A DNA stretch of 64,000 bases from Nitrospiraceae bacterium (GCA_050246315.1 JBFWWG010000001.1:224001-288000); one strand, 5' to 3'; counted from the stretch's first letter, positions 20,190 through 31,852 are shown. The notes: generated by a model from the letters alone, not told the origin. Made by a program: numbers and translations.

Positions 20190-21292
20190 GCCGGTTCGTA
20201 GAGAGGGTTCTCATGATCCGCAGTGGTACAGTCCTCGTGGTCATCGGAATGACTGTCGTGCTGTTTCTCGGAACCGGTCTGGTCGCACACCAGGCATGGG
20301 CTGACAGCCCTCTCCCGCTCAGGCTCGGGTATCAGTCGAGCTCTGCGGATAATTGGCTGTTGTTTACCGCAAGGGACCTGAAATTGTTCGATGGAGTGGG
20401 CGTGGCTCTTGAATTCGTACCGTTCGATGCGGGACCACCGATGATCGAAGCGACGAAGGGTAAAGCCATTGATATGGCCATTGTCAAGGCGATGCCTTTC
20501 CTGATCGGTCTCTCGGAAGGAGCGGACTGGGTGATGATCGGAATCCATTCCGAGGGCGCCTACAGCGAAGGCCTTGTTGCGAGAAAGGACAGCGGCATCC
20601 TTACGCCCGGTGATCTGGGAGGGAAGAGGATCGGCTATTACAAACACTCCAGCGCGCACTACGGTCTTGCAATGCTCTTGCGACAGTATGGCATCCCGCG
20701 CGACCAGGTGCATCTGGTCAATCTGTCACCTCCCGAACAATTAGCCGCGTTAGCAAACAACGAGATCGATGCGGCAATGGTGTGGGAGCCATGGATCCAG
20801 CGAATGGTTCACGACACGAACGCGAGAGCGATTGCCACTGAGGGAGACCTCGGTATCTACACGAACGTCGCCGGCATTGCGGTCAGACGCGAGTGGCTCC
20901 GACACAATCGGGAGACCGCGGTACGCTTCCTCCGGGCACTGATTATGGCCTACGACGCCCTGGAAAAGGATCATAGCGTCGCCGTTCACGAGATGGCGAG
21001 AGAAATCGGGGTCGAGGAAGAGTGGGTGGAGCAGATCTACCGGGATGCTCCTCCACCTCAGCTACACTTGTGGGCAGATTCCCGGTACGCTTATTCCCTG
21101 GTGAGAGGCGCGGCGTTCCACAGGAGGCTGGGGTATCTGGCAAAGTTCTTGTTCGATGAACAACTCCTTCCCAGGCAAGTGCCAACACTTGATGTCCTCG
21201 ATGCATCCGTCATCGTCGAAGCGCTGATGACATCGAAGCGCGATCACGCGGAGGAAAAACAGGACCATGCTGAAATCCCCGGCGCGCGGTGA
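20186..21292 (+). CDS. ABC-type substrate-binding protein, SsuA/TauA/NMT1-like
   Basis: LRLGYQ, F.AGP..IEA, DL.GKRIG, IDAAMVWEP. Confidence 0.8.
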   Translation: MSRFVERVLMIRSGTVLVVIGMTVVLFLGTGLVAHQAWADSPLPLRLGYQSSSADNWLLFTARDLKLFDGVGVALEFVPFDAGPPMIEATKGKAIDMAIVKAMPFLIGLSEGADWVMIGIHSEGAYSEGLVARKDSGILTPGDLGGKRIGYYKHSSAHYGLAMLLRQYGIPRDQVHLVNLSPPEQLAALANNEIDAAMVWEPWIQRMVHDTNARAIATEGDLGIYTNVAGIAVRREWLRHNRETAVRFLRALIMAYDALEKDHSVAVHEMAREIGVEEEWVEQIYRDAPPPQLHLWADSRYAYSLVRGAAFHRRLGYLAKFLFDEQLLPRQVPTLDVLDASVIVEALMTSKRDHAEEKQDHAEIPGAR

Positions 21293-21450
21293 GGCGAACT
21301 TCGCGGACGGTCCGAACGATTCACCTCTCAACATCGTCCAGGCTGGCTCATGGCGAGTCTGAACCGAGGTCCATCCTGAACTGGGGTCAGGTCTTGCTCT
21401 GACGCATACAGGTTTAAGCCGAGACCAATGCGACTTTGACACGCCGGACC

Positions 21451-21719
21451 TAGCCCGCACTATTCATGACGGTTCGTCGCGTTCCACCCGTTGCAGTGAG
21501 AGCGCAACGGGTACCCGGCAGTCGGGCGCGAGCCGGACGAGCAGAGCCGCGAGCGCCGGAAGCGTACTTGAAACAGTGCGTCGAATAGGAGAGCGGCGAG
21601 CCCAACCGCTTGCGCGCTCACAGCCGCGAAGGCTTGTCGTCGCAGCGAATCGGGATACCCATTGCTCTACTGTTGCAATGGACCTACGCACCAGAAGCGA
21701 TCATGAATCATGCGGGCTG
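21451..21719. mobile_element. MITE-like element (family A)
   Basis: TAGCCCGCACTATTCATGA...TCATGAATCATGCGGGCT. Confidence 0.75.
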
Positions 21720-21905
21720 GACGGGGAGGGTTTTTCATACGCATCCATGCCCTCACCAGGAGCAAGGGATCAGGATGAATGCCCTTCCGCCTCCTTCTGA
21801 TCGTGGGGGCTCTGCGAGGAAGAAGTATCGTCCGCCTGCTCCCGTCCACCCCTGCCAAGGCCGCGCATTGCGCGAGCATAAGAGATCAACAGGTCCCATT
21901 TCATT

Positions 21906-22571
21906 CTAATTGGAAATCACTCTGGGCGCCTGAAGCCGATCGAGGCAGTCCTGCCAGAGCGTGGCCGGGTCCCGCTCGAAGATGTCGAACGAACCAGGCG
22001 GCAGAGTCGCCCAAGCTCCCTGGAGCATTTCAAATGTCAGTTGCCCCGGCGCCCATCCGGCAGAGCCGGAAAATGCACGGAAGGCTTCGGTCGGTTTGGC
22101 TTGCGTGATGATGCGCTCTAGGACCGCTGCTGTCCCGCCCACATAGACGCCGTCGAAGACTGATCGTGCGCCGGATGGAGGCTCATGCACGCGGAACAGC
22201 AGGAGTAACCGGGTCGGCTCGACCGGCCCCCCTGTAAACAGCCGGTAGCCGGTCCCTTTGAGTGCGGTGACCTCTGGCAGCGCCTCCGACAGGAGGACGT
22301 TCGTGGCGCGATTCAGGATGAGCCCGAGGGTTCCCTCAGGTCCGTGTTCCACGATAAGGACAACGGTTTGGTGGAAGTTCGTATCGTTCAGCATCGGGCT
22401 GGCCACGAGCAACACGCCCTTTGCGACCGACGACGGAGAAAATTCGGTCCCCGCCAGGGCCGGACTCATTAGAAGGACGGTCACGAGCGCCGCAAGCAGG
22501 GCCCCCAAGGCAGCGACCCGTACAGCAGCGAAGATGAGACTACGTGACATGCTGGTTTCAGCCGCTGGCAT
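21906..22571 (-). CDS. YqgE/AlgH-family protein with N-terminal signal/TM segment
   Basis: LLVASP.L.D.NF..TVVL, GLILNR, GGPV, GWAPGQL..E. Confidence 0.85.
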   Translation of the reverse strand: MPAAETSMSRSLIFAAVRVAALGALLAALVTVLLMSPALAGTEFSPSSVAKGVLLVASPMLNDTNFHQTVVLIVEHGPEGTLGLILNRATNVLLSEALPEVTALKGTGYRLFTGGPVEPTRLLLLFRVHEPPSGARSVFDGVYVGGTAAVLERIITQAKPTEAFRAFSGSAGWAPGQLTFEMLQGAWATLPPGSFDIFERDPATLWQDCLDRLQAPRVISN

Positions 22572-23214
22572 GAGAAGATGGCGACAGGCTACGACCCGCG
22601 GGCCGTTGTGTCAACTCAGCGATGCAGCGAAGAGATTGCGGAGTCGCTCCTGGCGATGATGCCCGCATACAGTTGGAAGAGGCCGTTGCCGACCTGCTGT
22701 GCGTTACTGCGTCGCGTCGGAAGCTCCTCAACCACGCGATGGACCTCGTGCTCCCCTTGATTGCCAAACACCGCGCTGAATTCACGGATGGCCAATTCCG
22801 GCGAACGGCTCGCGGCCACCAGCACCCAACCATCATCGACATCGACGGTTACTCCGGCGCCGCACGCGGGGTCGGTCTCGATCCACGCGGCCATCGCATG
22901 GGCGGTGCGTTGAGCCCTCGCTGCAGGAGGCTTCGCGATCGAGGCGACCGGGATCGGCTGGTGCTTAGCCTCGTCGGAGACGACGGCGAGGGACGAACCC
23001 GACCACGCCAACAGCAGGTTGCAGACAAGACCGGCGATCACATCCTTTTGCGCCTCCTGCGGCCGATGGACCAGTGCCACGACCGCGACTGTACAGACAG
23101 CCAGCAGACCAAGTATCGGTCCCATGCTCCATGACGCGAAGACCCTGCGCCTCATGCGACTCTCCGAGCCCACCATGTCCACCTCGATGAAGAACGTGCT
23201 GCTTCGTCGCCCAA

Positions 23215-23417
23215 TTGCCTACGTGGAGCGCGTAACGATGGAAATCGGACCCTTCGACATCGTCCTCAAAGTCCAAGGTCAAGGCCTCGTTGACCCGGAC
23301 CGACGCGAAATATCCATCCGATCCTTCATCCTTCCAACCGAATATATCCGCGAAGAGGCGGGCCGAGGCGTCCTTATCCCACGCCTACACGACCGTAGGA
23401 TTCAATGTGATGGTCAT
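23215..23417 (-). pseudogene. VOC-family pseudogene
   Basis: MTITLNPTVV*AWDKDASARLFADIFG...VRVNEALTLDF...YALHV; TAG at codon 11, 3' end lost. Confidence 0.65.
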
Positions 23418-23464
23418 CACCGATCTCTCTGCATCCGTGGTAAGCGCCGGCCTCGCTGCGACGG

Positions 23465-23872
23465 CTATCCGGTCTGCACCCGTGCCGGGTCCATCCAGAA
23501 CACTTCCCAGATATGACCGTCCGGGTCCTCAAAGCTGCGCGTGAACATGAAGCCATAGTCTTTGGGCGGGTGGGCGTCTTTCCCGCCGGCCTTGATGGCC
23601 TTGTCCACCAGTTCGTTCACCTTCGCCTTGCTCTCAACGGCAAGGGCGGTCAGCACTTCCGTCGTCCGATGAGCGTCGGCGATTTGCTTCTCGGTGAACT
23701 GCTTGATCTTGTCGTGGGTCAGCAACATGGCGTAGATCACGTCACTCATGACCATACAGGCCGCCGTCTTGTCCGTAAACTGCGGATTGAACGAGAACCC
23801 GACCGCCTTGAAAAACGCGATCGACTTGTCGAGGTCCTTCACGGGGAGATTGACGAAAATTTTGCTGACCAT
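23465..23872 (-). CDS. VOC/glyoxalase-family protein
   Basis: IFVNLPVKDL, FNPQFTD, FEDPDGHIWE. Confidence 0.9.
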   Translation of the reverse strand: MVSKIFVNLPVKDLDKSIAFFKAVGFSFNPQFTDKTAACMVMSDVIYAMLLTHDKIKQFTEKQIADAHRTTEVLTALAVESKAKVNELVDKAIKAGGKDAHPPKDYGFMFTRSFEDPDGHIWEVFWMDPARVQTG

Positions 23873-23909
23873 GTTCACCTCCTCTTCCAGCGCGGAATGC
23901 ACGAAGATG

Positions 23910-24365
23910 CTAGTTCCAATTGTCAATCTTCAGGTCATCGGGGGCCGGTCTGCCCTTGCCGGCCTCGACGAACGACCGGAGGCTGAGGAGAAACGTGGCC
24001 CACTTCATGCTGCAATGGGCCATGAATTCCATGGCGTCGGGCCAATTCCGGTGGGCGAAGAGGACGATCGTATAGCTGCTTTCCTGGGCGAGGGAAAACT
24101 CCAACTCGGTTCCTACCCACTCATCGGGGCCGTCCTTGACTCGCCAACGCACAATTTTGTCGGGTGTCAATTCGATCACGTCCATGTCGAAAACCACGTG
24201 GCCCCCGCTTGGCGAGCGAAACCCGAAGGCAAGGGCGCCGCCGACTTTTGAATCTCCGGTCGTATCTTTCGTCCACCAACCGGACAGCCCTTGGATCGTG
24301 GAGAGCGCTCTAAACACTTGGTCAGGGGCAGCCTTGATTCCCACGCGATGCACAATCTCCGCCAT
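23910..24365 (-). CDS. SRPBCC (AHSA1-like) domain protein
   Basis: I.H.VGIKA, GL.GWW, GPDEWVGT, HCS.KWA.FL.SL. Confidence 0.85.
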   Translation of the reverse strand: MAEIVHRVGIKAAPDQVFRALSTIQGLSGWWTKDTTGDSKVGGALAFGFRSPSGGHVVFDMDVIELTPDKIVRWRVKDGPDEWVGTELEFSLAQESSYTIVLFAHRNWPDAMEFMAHCSMKWATFLLSLRSFVEAGKGRPAPDDLKIDNWN

Positions 24366-24462
24366 GTCACACCTCCTCATGAGGAACCTTAAAGTAATCA
24401 AGCGAGCCGAGGACGCGCGTTCGATGAGTCCTAGCTGGCTCGGCTTCTGGTCCTAACCTTTA

Positions 24463-24489
24463 GTCGAAATGGAGACAGACAAATCGACA
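24463..24489 (-). promoter_or_regulatory. ECF42-type promoter
   Basis: TGTCGA-N17-CGAC upstream of the SRPBCC gene. Confidence 0.7.
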
Positions 24490-24618
24490 GCATCCTGAAG
24501 TGCAGGCTCCACCGACGACTGGGGCTGCGGCACCCTACGGGTCTGATCATGCGGACGGTTCCCATCGTCCCTTGTTGCCAAGCTCGAGGTGGCAGCACCG
24601 ACGTCGTGTGACTGTGTT

Positions 24619-25098
24619 CTACTCATCGCCCTGCGAGTTCATGAACGATTCGGCGCGTTTCGCCAGTTCGTCGGGCGGTACGTCCTCAACATGTGTCGCG
24701 AAGTGCCATTGGTGCCCGAAGGGATCTTGGAGGCTGCCGGCGCGATCGCCATAGAACTTGTTCTCAACCGGTCTGAGCACCGTCGCGCCAGCGGACACCG
24801 CTTGATTGATGAACGTGTCGACGTCTTGGACGTACACCAGGATGCTCACAGGCGTACCGCCGAACGACTGTGGACTCCGGCAATTCATGTCGGGAAATTC
24901 GTCGGCCAACATGATGATCGCGGCGCCGATCTTGATTTCCGCATGTCCCACCTTTCCATCCGGAGCCGCAACTCGTATGATCTCCGTGGCTCCGAAGGCC
25001 TTTTTATAAAATTCCAGAGCGCGTGCCGCGTCCTTGATGATGAGATAGGGCGTCGCGCCTTCATACCCAACCGGGATCGCATTCACCTTGCGTGACAT
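24619..25098 (-). CDS. VOC-family (PhnB-like) protein
   Basis: TPYL, FYKKAFGA, HAEIKIG, FYGDR.G...DPFGH.W. Confidence 0.9.
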   Translation of the reverse strand: MSRKVNAIPVGYEGATPYLIIKDAARALEFYKKAFGATEIIRVAAPDGKVGHAEIKIGAAIIMLADEFPDMNCRSPQSFGGTPVSILVYVQDVDTFINQAVSAGATVLRPVENKFYGDRAGSLQDPFGHQWHFATHVEDVPPDELAKRAESFMNSQGDE

Positions 25099-25184
25099 GG
25101 GCGACCTCCTTCATAGTCATGTCGAACGATCCTCACTCTGCCGTTGACGCGCCCTTACGCCTGAAGGGTGGAACGGCGACGTAG

Positions 25185-25745
25185 TCATGGCTTCGGATCG
25201 AGACCCGGCAGACCGGGCAGGCCTTCCACGCTTCGTGCGTTCTTCTCATTCCGGTACTGCTGTAAATGCGTGTCGCCCTTCGATATGGACAACCGTATGA
25301 GCTGGTCGCGCTGCTCGCGATACTCGTATAGCGGAACCGCGTAGCCGCAGGAGTCGCTGATGCGGAGCAGCGAAGCTCTGACGATCGCACGGGCGCCTGG
25401 GTATTCAGGAAACCGCGCTTGGAGAGGCTTCCAGTCCAGGGATTCCGGAGTCACCAGTTCACCTCGGCCATGGAGGCGGACGATCTTCGGCGCCCCCTCG
25501 AAGGCACAGAACATAAAGACGATGCGCCCGTTTTCGCGAAGGTGAGCGATCGTCTCGATGCCGCTCCCCGTGAGGTCGAGATACGCGACCTCGCGCGGTC
25601 CAAGCACCCGAAAGGTATCCATGCCTTTCGGCGAGCAGTTGACGAGTCCATTGCCGGAAAGAGGAGCGCTGGCGACGAAGAACATACGTTGCGTCGAGAG
25701 CCACGCGGCCAACTCCGGGGTGATTTCGTTGAACACCTTGCCCAC
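25185..25745 (-). CDS. Pyridoxamine 5'-phosphate oxidase-family FMN-binding protein
   Basis: FFVASAP, N.SPKG, YLDLTGSG.ETIAHL.ENGR, SCGYAVP. Confidence 0.9.
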   Translation of the reverse strand: MGKVFNEITPELAAWLSTQRMFFVASAPLSGNGLVNCSPKGMDTFRVLGPREVAYLDLTGSGIETIAHLRENGRIVFMFCAFEGAPKIVRLHGRGELVTPESLDWKPLQARFPEYPGARAIVRASLLRISDSCGYAVPLYEYREQRDQLIRLSISKGDTHLQQYRNEKNARSVEGLPGLPGLDPKP

Positions 25746-25985
25746 AACGTCTCCTTTCGCACGCTGAACGCTTGCCGTCTTCCCATCTTTGTGCCGCGAA
25801 GCCGCTGCGCAGAATCGGGCATGGCGGGCTGTTCGGTGCCTCTCCCCATGCGCTTCCCATAGACCGTTCCCGGCCGTGCCGACGAATCGGATGCTTTCTC
25901 GGATATGACCTTCGGCAACCCTTCGCCGAGCGGCGTGATGTTGTGAGATGGGCGGCCGCCGGGCAGGCGCTGCCGGAACGACGGG

Positions 25986-26375
25986 TCAGGCCGCCGGTTG
26001 GACCAAATTGATCAGGTTGCCGCAGGTGTCCTCGAAAAGGACGGCGGTGATCGGCCCTATGTCGCGAGGCTCGCCTCGGAAGCGGACCCCATGCTCGATC
26101 AGGCGCCGATATTCAGCCCGGACATTCTTCGTGATGAAAGCCATGGCCGGAATCCCGGCCTCGAACAGCGCCTTCTGATACGATTGTGCCGGTGGAAATC
26201 CCGTCGGTTCCAGGACGAGCTCGACACCGTCCACGCCTTCCGGTGAGGACACAGTCAGCCACCGAAACGCTCCCATGGGTATGTCGGTTTTCTTTATGAA
26301 GCCCAGGATCGATGTATAGAATTGAAGCGCTCGCTCTTGGTCATCGACCATGACGCTGGCTAGCTTGATCTGCAT
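25986..26375 (-). CDS. VOC-family protein
   Basis: SV.VDDQ.RA..FY...LGF, RWLTV, FEDTCGNLI. Confidence 0.9.
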   Translation of the reverse strand: MQIKLASVMVDDQERALQFYTSILGFIKKTDIPMGAFRWLTVSSPEGVDGVELVLEPTGFPPAQSYQKALFEAGIPAMAFITKNVRAEYRRLIEHGVRFRGEPRDIGPITAVLFEDTCGNLINLVQPAA

Positions 26376-26413
26376 CCACGCCTCCCTGCGGTTGCAGCAC
26401 AAGTCATCGTGAA

Positions 26414-27160
26414 TCATGCGGTCTGCGCTCGACCCAATTTCTCCCTCATCACACCCGCCAAGTCTCGGATGGCCCGTCCGCCGTCGCCGATAAACGAGGA
26501 CCCATGCATCAGGGCCAAGCGTGTGGGCTGGAGACCGGCCAGCCCATGCAGGATCGGTTCGGTCAACGGCGTGTAGGGGTAGGCATTGGCAAAAGGTCCC
26601 TTCTGGCCCTCGACCAAGGATCGCGTTGCGCGCTCGACCACGTCCGACTCAGTGACCAGATCAACGTCTCCCTCGTGGGTGAACAGATCCGAGCAGAGCA
26701 ACGTACGGGTGACCTCCTCGAATAGCAGGCTCGCCTCCCAGTTATGCGGGACGTGAGGCGTCTGGCGGAACCGAACCCGGTAGGTCCCGGTACTCAGGAC
26801 CTCGTCTTGCTTCAGCACACGCGCCGGACGAAGCGAGAAGTCGTTCACGCTGACGAGCGCCCCCACTTGACCGCAGACCGGCTCGGCACGGGGAGCCATG
26901 TTCAGCCATTCGTTCAACGCGCCGCATTCGTCGGCTTCGAAATGGCTGAACGAAATCCATCGCAGCGTGGAGGGATCGATGATGCGCGCCACCGCATCGC
27001 GCACGAGCGGAAACATCTGTCGCATGCCGGCGTGAAACAGCAGCGGCTCCTCGTCCTTGATCAGGAAATGATTGAACCGGAGGTTGAAGTCCGGAACGTA
27101 GATCGAAATCACATAGTGATCGGCGGCGACTTCCGCCACTGCGGCCCGGTCATGCATCAT
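26414..27160 (-). CDS. MBL-fold metallo-hydrolase (flavodiiron/ODP-like domain)
   Basis: [27 protein letters not shown]. Confidence 0.8.
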   Translation of the reverse strand: MMHDRAAVAEVAADHYVISIYVPDFNLRFNHFLIKDEEPLLFHAGMRQMFPLVRDAVARIIDPSTLRWISFSHFEADECGALNEWLNMAPRAEPVCGQVGALVSVNDFSLRPARVLKQDEVLSTGTYRVRFRQTPHVPHNWEASLLFEEVTRTLLCSDLFTHEGDVDLVTESDVVERATRSLVEGQKGPFANAYPYTPLTEPILHGLAGLQPTRLALMHGSSFIGDGGRAIRDLAGVMREKLGRAQTA

Positions 27161-27239
27161 GAATCTCCGCCTGTTGCGCAATCTGCCGATCGCGCCTGCT
27201 CCAGTGACTTTTCGCGAGTCGGTCCTGTTCTCCGCCCGT

Positions 27240-30200
27240 TCACCCCTTGCTCCCTGCCACCACCAGCGCTTCGTAACCACCCTCCTCCCGCGATTCCCGC
27301 TCCTCGAGATTCGAGACTGGCTGATGCTGTGACGCGATCAGCGAGTAGAACACCGGAACGACGAACAGGGTGAACAGCGTGCCGACGGTCATGCCGGCGA
27401 CCAGCACCATCCCGATACTGTTGCGGGCCTCGGCTCCCGGCCCGGACACCAACACCAAGGGAAGGTGTCCGAAGACGGTGGCGGCCGAGGTCATCAGCAC
27501 CGGCCGCAGCCTGGTCAGCGCCGCCTCGCGTAGCGCGTCCAATTTCGGAAGACCACGGGCCTGCAGGGTGTTCGCAAACTCCACAATGAGAATGCCGTTC
27601 TTCGCGATCAGTCCCACCAACGTAATCAACCCGACCTGCGAATAAATATTGATCGTGGTGAGGTCCAGAAAGCTGAACATCAGGGCGCCGGAGATCGCCA
27701 ACGGCACCGAGCCCAGCAGGACGATCAACGGGTCTCGGAAACTATGAAACTGCGCCGCCAGGACCAGGTAGATGAGCACAATCGCAAACCCGAGTGTGAC
27801 GGTCAGCGCCGAGCCTTCGCGACGGATCTGTCGAGACTCGCCCGCATGGTCCAGCACGACACCGGGTCCACCTGCCGCCGTCGCGGCATTTTCGAGGACG
27901 CGCAGCCCTTCGTCCTTCGTAATCCCCGGTTTGACGCCGCCGAAAATCTTGACGGCGTTGCGCTGTTGAAAGCGGTTCAGGGTGCGCGGGGCGGTACTTG
28001 TTTCAATGTGCGTGAAAGTCGAGACCGGCACGAGCTGCCCGCTCGGCGTCTTGATCTTGAGATCGAGCAGCGGGCCGACCGTGGCGCGGTCTTTGTCGCC
28101 AAGCTGCGGAATCACCTTGTAGCTGCGGTCGAAGAAGTTGAATCGGTTCACGTAGGCCCCGCCGAGCATCGTCCCGAGCTCCCGCCCGACGCCGGCGAGA
28201 TCAAGCCCAAGGTCGGCAAGCCGTTCGCGGTCGAGCACGACCTGAGCCTGAGGAAGATCGATCTTCAAATCGGTATCCACGTAGAGAAACTTTCCGCTTT
28301 GCCATCCGGCTCCCAGTACGGCTCCTACCGTTTCCAGCATCTGTTCGGCTGGGGCGTCGCTCTGGAGCACCAGTTCGACATCGTACTGGCCGGGAGTGGG
28401 CAGGGGCGGATCCAGCCGCGGGAACACGCGCAGGCCCGGCACCTGCGAGACGGCTCCGTAAACCTCGCCGAACATTTGCTCGGTGGAGCGCGCGCGCACT
28501 TTCCAATCCTTTGCGACCAAGCCGCCAAAGCCTCCCCACGCGGAGGTCAACGACCAGGTAAAGTCCGTTTCGGGAAACGCCGTGATGGCGCTGACGATTT
28601 GGAGATGTTCGCGGTTGGTCGCAGCTAAGGTCGAGTCGGGAGACGCCTCGAAGAAGAGGCTGATATGGCTCTGGTCTTCCACCGGCGCCAATTCTTGGCG
28701 CGAGAACAGATACAACGGCCAGGCGGCGACCATGATCAGCAACGACGCCACCACGATGGCCCAGCGCATCCCCAGCGCGCCGTCGAGCAGTCGAGCATAG
28801 GCCCGTCGGACCCCTTCGAAACCCCGGTTGACGAGCGTCGTCAGCCGACCTTCCTTCCCCTGCGGGTGCACGAAGCGCGAGCTCATGACCGGCGAGAGCG
28901 TGAGCGCCACGATGCCCGATACGACGACGGCGGCGGCCAGGGTAATGGCAAATTCAAGGAAGAGTGAGCCGGTCAAGCCTCCCTGGAAACCGATCGGCGC
29001 ATAGACGGTGGCCAACGTGATCGTCATCGCAATGATCGGGCTCAGCAACTCCCTCGCCCCGATCAGCGCCGCGTCGATCCGCGACTTACCTTGCCGCACA
29101 TGCCGCTCCACGTTTTCCACGACCACGATCGCATCATCCACGACCAATCCGACCGACAGCACGATGGCCAGGATCGTCAGGAGGTTCAGGCTGAAGCCGA
29201 AGGCAAGCATCACGATCGCCGCGCCGATCAGCGAGACCGGCATCGCGAGCAGCGGCACGAGCGCGGTGCGGACCGATCCCATGAAGAGAAAGACGGCGAT
29301 GCCGACGATCGCAATCGTCTCCGCCAGCGTCTTGGTGATCTCCTCCAGCGCATTCCGCATAAACATCGTCCCGTCCCAGACGAGACGCATGTCGATGTCC
29401 TTGGGCAGCGTCGGCTTGATATGCTCCATCTCCTCGCGCAGCCGCCGTGCCACTTCGATCTCGTTGGAGCCGACGAGCGGCCACACGCCGAGGTAGACAC
29501 CCTCCTTGGTGCCGTACTTGGCGATCATCTCCGCCTCTTCCGCCCCGAGTTCGACCCGCGCTACGTCGCTCAAGCGCACGATGGCGCCCCCGCGGTCCGC
29601 GACAATCAGGTTCTCGAACTCTTCGGCGGAACGCAGGTCGGTGTTCGCAAGCAGGTTGACCTGGACGAGATTGCCCTTCGTCCGCCCGACGGCGGCTAGG
29701 TAATTGTTGCGCCGCAGGGCCGCTTGCACGTCGCCGGGTGAAAGGTTGAACAGGGCCAATCGATCGGGGTCGATCCAGATGCGCATGGCGATCTGCCGGC
29801 CGCCTTCGATCGTTACCCGCTGAACCCCGGGCAACGTCGCCAGTTGGGGCTGCAACGTGCGGAGCAGCCAGTCGGTGACGGCCGGGACCGATCGTTCACT
29901 TGAGGTAAAGCTGAGGTAAAACGAGGCATAGGGACGGTCGGCACGTTGGACCTCGACCACGGGCGGCTCGGCCTCCTGAGGCAACTCAGATCGGACCTGC
30001 TGGAGCCGGGCTGTGACCTCGGCCAGGGCCGCCGTGCTGCTGTGGTTAAGCTTGAGGTGCACCGTGACGGTGCTGATACCCGCACGGCTGGTCGATTCGA
30101 GATAGTCCACCCCGCTGATCGCAGACACGACGCGCTCAATCGGCGTGGTCAGGAAGCCGCGAACGGTTTCGGCGCTGGCCCCGTAGTAGACCGTCGTGAT

Positions 30201-30341
30201 GATGACCGACGAGCTTTCAATTTTCGGATACTGCTGCACCGGTAGGACGGTCAGCGCCCGCCAGCCGACCAGCACGATGACCAGATTGACCACGACGGCC
30301 AGCACAGGATGTTTGATGAAGGTATCGGTGAACGACCGCAT
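27240..30341 (-). CDS. RND efflux permease (AcrB/MexW-like)
   Basis: 1033 aa; [36 protein letters not shown]. Confidence 0.95.
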   Translation of the reverse strand: MRSFTDTFIKHPVLAVVVNLVIVLVGWRALTVLPVQQYPKIESSSVIITTVYYGASAETVRGFLTTPIERVVSAISGVDYLESTSRAGISTVTVHLKLNHSSTAALAEVTARLQQVRSELPQEAEPPVVEVQRADRPYASFYLSFTSSERSVPAVTDWLLRTLQPQLATLPGVQRVTIEGGRQIAMRIWIDPDRLALFNLSPGDVQAALRRNNYLAAVGRTKGNLVQVNLLANTDLRSAEEFENLIVADRGGAIVRLSDVARVELGAEEAEMIAKYGTKEGVYLGVWPLVGSNEIEVARRLREEMEHIKPTLPKDIDMRLVWDGTMFMRNALEEITKTLAETIAIVGIAVFLFMGSVRTALVPLLAMPVSLIGAAIVMLAFGFSLNLLTILAIVLSVGLVVDDAIVVVENVERHVRQGKSRIDAALIGARELLSPIIAMTITLATVYAPIGFQGGLTGSLFLEFAITLAAAVVVSGIVALTLSPVMSSRFVHPQGKEGRLTTLVNRGFEGVRRAYARLLDGALGMRWAIVVASLLIMVAAWPLYLFSRQELAPVEDQSHISLFFEASPDSTLAATNREHLQIVSAITAFPETDFTWSLTSAWGGFGGLVAKDWKVRARSTEQMFGEVYGAVSQVPGLRVFPRLDPPLPTPGQYDVELVLQSDAPAEQMLETVGAVLGAGWQSGKFLYVDTDLKIDLPQAQVVLDRERLADLGLDLAGVGRELGTMLGGAYVNRFNFFDRSYKVIPQLGDKDRATVGPLLDLKIKTPSGQLVPVSTFTHIETSTAPRTLNRFQQRNAVKIFGGVKPGITKDEGLRVLENAATAAGGPGVVLDHAGESRQIRREGSALTVTLGFAIVLIYLVLAAQFHSFRDPLIVLLGSVPLAISGALMFSFLDLTTINIYSQVGLITLVGLIAKNGILIVEFANTLQARGLPKLDALREAALTRLRPVLMTSAATVFGHLPLVLVSGPGAEARNSIGMVLVAGMTVGTLFTLFVVPVFYSLIASQHQPVSNLEERESREEGGYEALVVAGSKG

Positions 30342-30397
30342 CGGGATATCCTACCTACCTAGTTGTGAGACCCTGAGCGTCTGGTGGCCGCTCAGTG

Positions 30398-31528
30398 TTA
30401 ATCGAGAGCCTGAGTCTGGAGGCTACCCTCCCGGTAGCCTCCACGATCACCCGTGACGGCGACAAGGACGCCGTCACGCAGCTTGAAGGACCCGGAAGCG
30501 GCCACCCGTTCACCGGTGTTCAGGCCGGCGTAGATGATAACCTCGTCTCCCAGCATCGCCCCGCTCTCAACCTGCCGCGCATAGGCTCTGGTCTGTCCCT
30601 GCTTGTCCATCTCGACGACGAACACCTGATCGCCGCCTGGCCCCTTTCGCAGGGCGCTCACCGGGACGGCGACAGCCTTACGCAGAGGACCGGTCGGAAC
30701 CAGAATGCGAACCGAGGCTCCGGGCGACGGCGCGTCGGCGGCATGTTCGATCCTCGCCCGCACGATGGCGTTCCGAGTGGTTGGATCGACGCGGGCGTCG
30801 ATGGCTATGATCTTGGCTTGGGTCGGAGAGGAGGATCCCGGCGCGAGCACTTGGACACTCTCGCCTTCCCGCAGATCCGCGGCAACCTGTTGCGCGACCG
30901 TGAAGTCCACGTGCGCCGCCTCGTCGACGCCTTGCAAGGTCGTTAATTGCGTACCTTCATTCAGGTACTGCCCGGGATGCACATCCGCCATGCCGACCTT
31001 GGCGCGGAACGGCGCACGGACGGTCTTGCGGGCAATGATCGCCTCGGTCCGTGCGATCTGCGCCAGCGCGACATCCAAATCCGCGCGTGCACGATCCACT
31101 TCCTCTTGAGCGGTGGCCAAGTCTTCACTCAAATGTTGCCGGCGGGCGAGCACCGTTTTCGCCAACACCGCCTGCGCGTTCTGCGCCCTGAGCTCGGCCT
31201 CCTCGACCGCCACGTCCAATGCAACCAGCACCATGCCCGCCTCGACCACCTGACCCGGCGTGAGCCTGACCTGGCGGACCGTTCCGGCCAGCTCATTGCG
31301 GAGCGTGATCGAGCGCAAGGCCAGGACGGTCCCAATCGACGTCGTGGTCTGTCGGTGTAGACGCTCCTCCGCAACGGCGACCATCACGGATTCCATCGGC
31401 TCCGGTTGACGTGCGGAGGCCGCGGCGCTGTCCTGGATGACCGCATACTTCCACGTCGCCAGACCGGCACCGACCATGATCACCATGAGGAGCAACAGTG
31501 CCGACCCGATCCAAGGGTGACGATTCAT
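30398..31528 (-). CDS. RND efflux periplasmic adaptor (MFP)
   Basis: N-terminal TM, GQVVEAG..LV.LD, VRAPF, GSFKLRDG. Confidence 0.92.
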   Translation of the reverse strand: MNRHPWIGSALLLLMVIMVGAGLATWKYAVIQDSAAASARQPEPMESVMVAVAEERLHRQTTTSIGTVLALRSITLRNELAGTVRQVRLTPGQVVEAGMVLVALDVAVEEAELRAQNAQAVLAKTVLARRQHLSEDLATAQEEVDRARADLDVALAQIARTEAIIARKTVRAPFRAKVGMADVHPGQYLNEGTQLTTLQGVDEAAHVDFTVAQQVAADLREGESVQVLAPGSSSPTQAKIIAIDARVDPTTRNAIVRARIEHAADAPSPGASVRILVPTGPLRKAVAVPVSALRKGPGGDQVFVVEMDKQGQTRAYARQVESGAMLGDEVIIYAGLNTGERVAASGSFKLRDGVLVAVTGDRGGYREGSLQTQALD

Positions 31529-31662
31529 GAGCGATGTCCTCCTGAACGCCTATCGACGATGAATGTCATCAAAGGTTTGACCGATCGAGACAACAACGGC
31601 ATGGCGACTCCTGAAAACAAATAGCGTTTCCTCACGCATAACCTTCAGATAGTCCGAGGCAA

Positions 31663-31678
31663 AGCAACACCTATTCCA
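31663..31678 (-). promoter_or_regulatory. Sigma-54 (-24/-12) promoter of the efflux operon
   Basis: TGGAATAGGTGTTGCT (GG-N10-GC). Confidence 0.7.
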
Positions 31679-31810
31679 TTGGGAATCGAGCGCACCAGGA
31701 AACGCCCTCCACAATGGAGCAACGGATAACTGGTCAATAGCAGAGGAATTTTCGACCTGCTTGCAGGAGGAGGGTCGTCACGATAGAGAGGAATGGATCG
31801 GATGGAGCCC

Positions 31811-31842
31811 GCCGATCTTTCGGCGCGTGCCGAAAACTCGGC
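31811..31842. promoter_or_regulatory. Tandem palindromic enhancer (UAS) pair
   Basis: GCCGA-TCTT-TCGGC and GCCGA-AAAC-TCGGC, starts 18 bp apart. Confidence 0.65.
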
Positions 31843-31852
31843 GCTCTGAGGT

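Noticed and set aside
22578..23182. Overlapping ORFs on both strands
   Set aside because: No recognisable family or convincing RBS; probably decayed sequence
25120..25149. Possible fourth ECF42 promoter upstream of the 25098 gene
   Set aside because: -35 mismatched and spacing about 19 bp
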